Shown: positions 28,346-32,000 of the stretch, piece after piece
Layout: every line of letters begins with the position of its first letter
Position numbering within the stretch: position 1 is the stretch's first letter
DNA from: Candidatus Karelsulcia muelleri
GTDB taxonomy: Bacteria > Bacteroidota > Bacteroidia > Flavobacteriales > Blattabacteriaceae
Assembly (NCBI RefSeq): GCF_003214255.1
Contig: NZ_CP029011.1
Coordinates: 241,707-273,706 of the forward strand
Reading direction: 5' to 3'
DNA length: 32,000 bases
Notes under the pieces: generated by a model
Databases searched by the model: none
What the model was told of the DNA's origin: nothing
The model's input: only the letters and a program-made list of their open reading frames with translations
Program-made: the position numbers and the translations under genes

Positions 28346-28630
28346 CTATATATTTATTTTTAAATTATAAAGAAATAATTTATTTATTCCTATAATTTTT
28401 TTTATTTGTTTAATAACATTTTCAATTTTTAAAAATTGAAAGAAAATTTCAATTTTTATTATATAATAATAATTATTATTTAATTTTTTTTCTAAAAAAG
28501 AAAAATTTTTAATTTTTAAATTTCTTCTATTAAAAATTAAAATTATTCGTATTAATAATACTATGATATTATCTGAAATTATAATAATATGTAATTTTTT
28601 TTTCATAAATTTATTTGATGATAAAATCAT
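28346..28630 (-). CDS. ilvN: Acetolactate synthase small (regulatory) subunit, ACT domain only
   Basis: HIIIISDNIIVLLIRIILIFNRRNLKIKNFSF...IKQIKKIIGINKLFLY parallels the ACT-domain pattern of IlvN (..EN..G.L.R....F.RR..NI.SL......I.KQ..K...V.KV). It sits in the slot between ilvB and ilvC. An alternative ATG lies at 28606, 4 nt past the ilvB stop. Confidence 0.7.
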   Translation of the reverse strand: MILSSNKFMKKKLHIIIISDNIIVLLIRIILIFNRRNLKIKNFSFLEKKLNNNYYYIIKIEIFFQFLKIENVIKQIKKIIGINKLFLYNLKINI

Positions 28631-30308
28631 CTAGAGAATTCCCAGGAGGGATTATAGGATAAATATTATATTCTTTTTCTATAATTATTTCAAGTAAATA
28701 TGATTTTGTTTGATTTAACAAAAATTTAATATTTTTTTTTAATATTTTTTTTTTAAAGATTTTTTTTGAGTTTATTCCATAAGCTTCACAAATTTTCATA
28801 AAATTGGGATTTTTTATTTTAGTAAATGAATATCTTTTTTCAAAAAATAATTCTTGCCATTGTCTCACCATTCCTAAAAAATTATTATTTAATAATATTA
28901 TCTTTATTGCAAGATTATATTGAAGAATAGTTCCTAATTCTTGTATAGTCATTTGAATTCCCCCATCACCTACTATACAAATTATTTGATTATTTTTTAA
29001 TCCAATTTTTGCTCCTATAGAGGCTGGTAAAGAAAATCCCATGGTTCCTAATCCACCTGAAGTAATTTGACTTTTTTTACAAGTAAAATTAAAATATCTA
29101 GATGCAGACATTTGATGCTGGCCTACATCTGTAACTAACACAGTATTATTTTTTTTATAAAAATTAATAAAATTAATTACTTCACCCATAGTAATTTCTA
29201 TTTTATTAGTATTAAAATCATTATTTATTACTTCTTTTTTTTCTTTAAATTTTAAAAAATTAAATTTTTCTATCCATTTATTATAAAATTTTTTTTTTAT
29301 TTTAAATAATAATAATTTTAAAATTTTTTTACAATTTCCTACCAAAAATATATTTGGATTAATAGTTTTTTTAATTTCAGATTCATCAATATCTATATGA
29401 ATTATTTTAGCTTTTTTTCCATATTGATTTATATCTCCTGTCACTCTATCATCGAACCTCATTCCAATTGCTAATATTACATCAGATTGATTAGTTAACA
29501 TATTAGGGGGGTAATTTCCATGCATTCCTAACATCCCCATATATAAAAAATTTTTTTTTTTTAATGTTCCTAATCCTAGGAGAGTGCTAGCTGCAGGAAT
29601 ATTAGTTTTTTTTAAAAAAAATTTTAATTCTTTTTCTGCATTAGCTAATATTACTCCTTGCCCAATAAGAATTAAAGGTCTTATAGATTTCTTAATTACA
29701 GTAGTAGTTTTTTCTATTTGTTCTAAATTTATTTTTTTTTTAATAAAAAAATTTTTTTTTAAAAAAAATTTTTTAGAGTAAAAATTAAATAATTCTAATT
29801 GTGCATCTTTTGTAATATCTATTAATACTGGACCAGGTCTTCCTGATTTAGCTATAAAAATTCCTTTTGAGATTATATATGATATTTCTTTAGCGTTTTG
29901 AACTTGAAAATTCCATTTAGTAACAGGAATAGAAATATCGATTATATCAGTTTCTTGAAATGCATCAGTCCCTAATAAATTTGATGAAACTTGTCCAGTA
30001 ATGCAAAGAATAGCAGTACTATCTATTAAAGCATCTGCTAAGCCAGTAATTAAATTGGTAGCTCCAGGACCTGAAGTCGTAAAACAGACGCCTACTTTCC
30101 CACTCACTCTAGCATATCCTTGAGCAGCATGTATAGCACCTTGTTCATGACGTGTTAAAATATGTGATATATATTTTTTATAATAAAATAACGCATCATA
30201 AATAGGCATAATTGCTCCTCCAGGATATCCAAATATATATTCAATTTTTTCAAAAATAAGTGTTTTTATAAGAATTTCTGAACCTTTGATCAAGTTTTGA
30301 GAATTCAT
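28611..30308 (-). CDS. ilvB: Acetolactate synthase large (catalytic) subunit
   Basis: GYPGGAIMPIYDAL, ThDP-binding GDGGIQMTIQELGT...LNNN. 565 aa. Confidence 0.95.
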   Translation of the reverse strand: MNSQNLIKGSEILIKTLIFEKIEYIFGYPGGAIMPIYDALFYYKKYISHILTRHEQGAIHAAQGYARVSGKVGVCFTTSGPGATNLITGLADALIDSTAILCITGQVSSNLLGTDAFQETDIIDISIPVTKWNFQVQNAKEISYIISKGIFIAKSGRPGPVLIDITKDAQLELFNFYSKKFFLKKNFFIKKKINLEQIEKTTTVIKKSIRPLILIGQGVILANAEKELKFFLKKTNIPAASTLLGLGTLKKKNFLYMGMLGMHGNYPPNMLTNQSDVILAIGMRFDDRVTGDINQYGKKAKIIHIDIDESEIKKTINPNIFLVGNCKKILKLLLFKIKKKFYNKWIEKFNFLKFKEKKEVINNDFNTNKIEITMGEVINFINFYKKNNTVLVTDVGQHQMSASRYFNFTCKKSQITSGGLGTMGFSLPASIGAKIGLKNNQIICIVGDGGIQMTIQELGTILQYNLAIKIILLNNNFLGMVRQWQELFFEKRYSFTKIKNPNFMKICEAYGINSKKIFKKKILKKNIKFLLNQTKSYLLEIIIEKEYNIYPIIPPGNSLDDFIIK

Positions 30309-31993
30309 AATTCAAATTTATCTGTTACACAACCATTAGAAGCAGATGAAACAGTTTTTGTGTATTTATATAAATATCCTGATTTAACTTTCAAAGGAGG
30401 TGCTAGCCAGTTTTTTTTTCTTTTTTTTATTTCTTCTTTAGAAATTTTTAATGTTAAAGTATTTTTTATTGCATCAATTATGATGACATCACCATTTTTA
30501 ATTAAAGAAATTAATCCCCCATTTTGAGCTTCAGGAGTAATATGACCAACTACAAAGCCATGAGAGCCTCCTGAAAATCTTCCATCAGTTATTAAAGCTA
30601 TTTGGTTTCCTAAATTAGCTCCCATTATATATGAAGTTGGTTTAAGCATTTCTGGCATGCCAGGTCCTCCTTTAGGACCTACATATCTAATTACTATTAC
30701 ATCCCCTTTTTTTATTTGATTATTAATTATTGCTTCATTAGCAGAATTTTCTGAATTAAAAACTTTTGCTATTCCTGAAAAAAAATTTCCTTCTTTTCCT
30801 GTAATTTTAGCTACTGCTCCATAAGGAGCAAGATTTCCATATAATATTCGTATATGCCCTATTTTTTTTATAGGATTAAATAATGGATAAATTATTTTTT
30901 TTTTAAAAGAAATTTCTGGAATTTTTTTTAAATTATTTTTAATTGTTTTTCCGGTAACTGTCATACAGTCTCCTTCTATAAATCCTTCATTTAATAAATA
31001 TTTTAAAATTATAGGAATTCCTCCTATATTTTGAATGTCTTCCATTAAAAAATCTCCACTTGGTTTTAAGTTAGCTATAATTGGAACATTATTATTTAGA
31101 TTTTGAATATCATCTAATGATAAATCTAAATTAGCAGTTTTAGCTATTGCTAATATATGTAAAACTAAATTTGTTGATCCTCCTAAAGCAATTGCTAAAA
31201 TAATAGCATTTTTTATTGATTTGTTAGTAATAATATCTAGTGGTTTAATATTTTTTAATAAAATATTTTTTATATATTTTCCGATTTGAATACATTCTTG
31301 TTTTTTATAACTACTATTAGCTAATGATGAAGATGAATATGGAATTGTTATTCCCATTGCTTCACAACAAGAAGCCATTGTATTAGCTGTATACATTCCT
31401 CCACAAGCTCCAGGTCCTGGACAAGCATTTTTAATTATATTTTTATATTCTATTTCTGATATTTTTCCTATATTTTTTTCTCCTAAAGCTTCAAAAACAG
31501 AAACTATATTTAATTTTTTCCCATTATAAGAACCTGATGATATACTCCCTCCATATACTAATATAGAAGGTCTGTTAATACGCAACATTGCCATAACTAT
31601 TCCAGGAATATTTTTATCACATCCTGGAATTCCTATTAATCCATCATAATGTTGAGCTTTTACAACACTTTCTATACTATCTGCTATTAATTCTCTTGAA
31701 GGTAAAGAATATCTCATTCCAGATGTTCCCATAGACATTCCATCACTAATACCTATAGTATTAAATTGAAACCCCACCATTCCATTTCTTTTTACAGATA
31801 ATTTAATTTTTTTACTAAGAATATTTAAATGCATATTACATGGATTTCCTTCATACCAATTACTAACTATGCCAACTTGAGCTTTATTAAAATCATCTTC
31901 TTTTAACCCAGTAGCATACAACATTGCTTGTGCAGCAGGTAAAGTATTATTTTTAGTTAATTTAATACTAAATGGATTGATTATTTTTTCCAT
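30305..31993 (-). CDS. ilvD: Dihydroxy-acid dehydratase
   Basis: CDKNIPG, PGPGACGGMYTANTM, MPEML and DGRFSGGSHGFVVGHITPEA. 562 aa with ATG at 31993. ATGA overlap with ilvB. Confidence 0.96.
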   Translation of the reverse strand: MEKIINPFSIKLTKNNTLPAAQAMLYATGLKEDDFNKAQVGIVSNWYEGNPCNMHLNILSKKIKLSVKRNGMVGFQFNTIGISDGMSMGTSGMRYSLPSRELIADSIESVVKAQHYDGLIGIPGCDKNIPGIVMAMLRINRPSILVYGGSISSGSYNGKKLNIVSVFEALGEKNIGKISEIEYKNIIKNACPGPGACGGMYTANTMASCCEAMGITIPYSSSSLANSSYKKQECIQIGKYIKNILLKNIKPLDIITNKSIKNAIILAIALGGSTNLVLHILAIAKTANLDLSLDDIQNLNNNVPIIANLKPSGDFLMEDIQNIGGIPIILKYLLNEGFIEGDCMTVTGKTIKNNLKKIPEISFKKKIIYPLFNPIKKIGHIRILYGNLAPYGAVAKITGKEGNFFSGIAKVFNSENSANEAIINNQIKKGDVIVIRYVGPKGGPGMPEMLKPTSYIMGANLGNQIALITDGRFSGGSHGFVVGHITPEAQNGGLISLIKNGDVIIIDAIKNTLTLKISKEEIKKRKKNWLAPPLKVKSGYLYKYTKTVSSASNGCVTDKFEL

Positions 31994-32000
31994 TATAAAC

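Noticed and set aside
31994-32000. A leader peptide, attenuator or T-box upstream of the ilv operon.
   Set aside because: Only 7 nt lie upstream of the ilvD start inside this window, so it cannot be assessed.

Overview
This window is extremely AT-rich and very tightly packed: 42 protein genes, 1 tRNA and 1 RNase P RNA, with almost no intergenic DNA and many 1-4 nt start/stop overlaps. The protein motifs point to a highly reduced obligate insect endosymbiont of the Flavobacteriia/Bacteroidota type (Sulcia/Blattabacterium/Uzinura-like). These include an 89-aa uS14, a zinc-free bL36, the HsdR_N-like gene divergent from holA, pdhA followed directly by E2, and the order ilvD-B-N-C-A. The exact taxon cannot be fixed without a database search.

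Layout:
- 1-9780 (+): distal part of the S10-spc-alpha ribosomal superoperon, rpsC (partial) through rplQ. It includes two small genes missing from the ORF track, rpmD and rpmJ.
- 9777-17919: dapF(-), rsmH(+), rnpB(-), a PruA-like aldehyde dehydrogenase(-), mutL(-), argH(+), lysS(-), tRNA-Arg(ACG)(-).
- 17952-25958: pdhA and PDH E2(+), TerC(-), gapA(+), HsdR_N-like(-), holA, trxB and rlmB(+), pheS(-).
- 25970-31993 (-): a complete branched-chain amino acid operon, ilvD-ilvB-ilvN-ilvC-ilvA.

I found no mobile element, CRISPR array, defence or toxin module, or unexplained multi-gene system. All DNA is accounted for by recognisable core genes, so I regard this as ordinary, if extreme, core genome.

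What deserves a second look are signatures of genome erosion and slippage:
- An ALDH ORF stays open although both catalytic residues are replaced.
- A perfect 12x octamer array sits inside the ribosomal operon.
- Several in-frame micro/minisatellites lie inside rpoA, rpsD, rpsK, rpsQ and secY.
- rpmC is lost from its canonical slot.
- mutL has a possibly eroded endonuclease motif.
- rsmH contains a G9 tract.
- One divergent gene pair has start codons 4 nt apart.

All homology statements rest on motif recognition by eye. No searches or computations were run.
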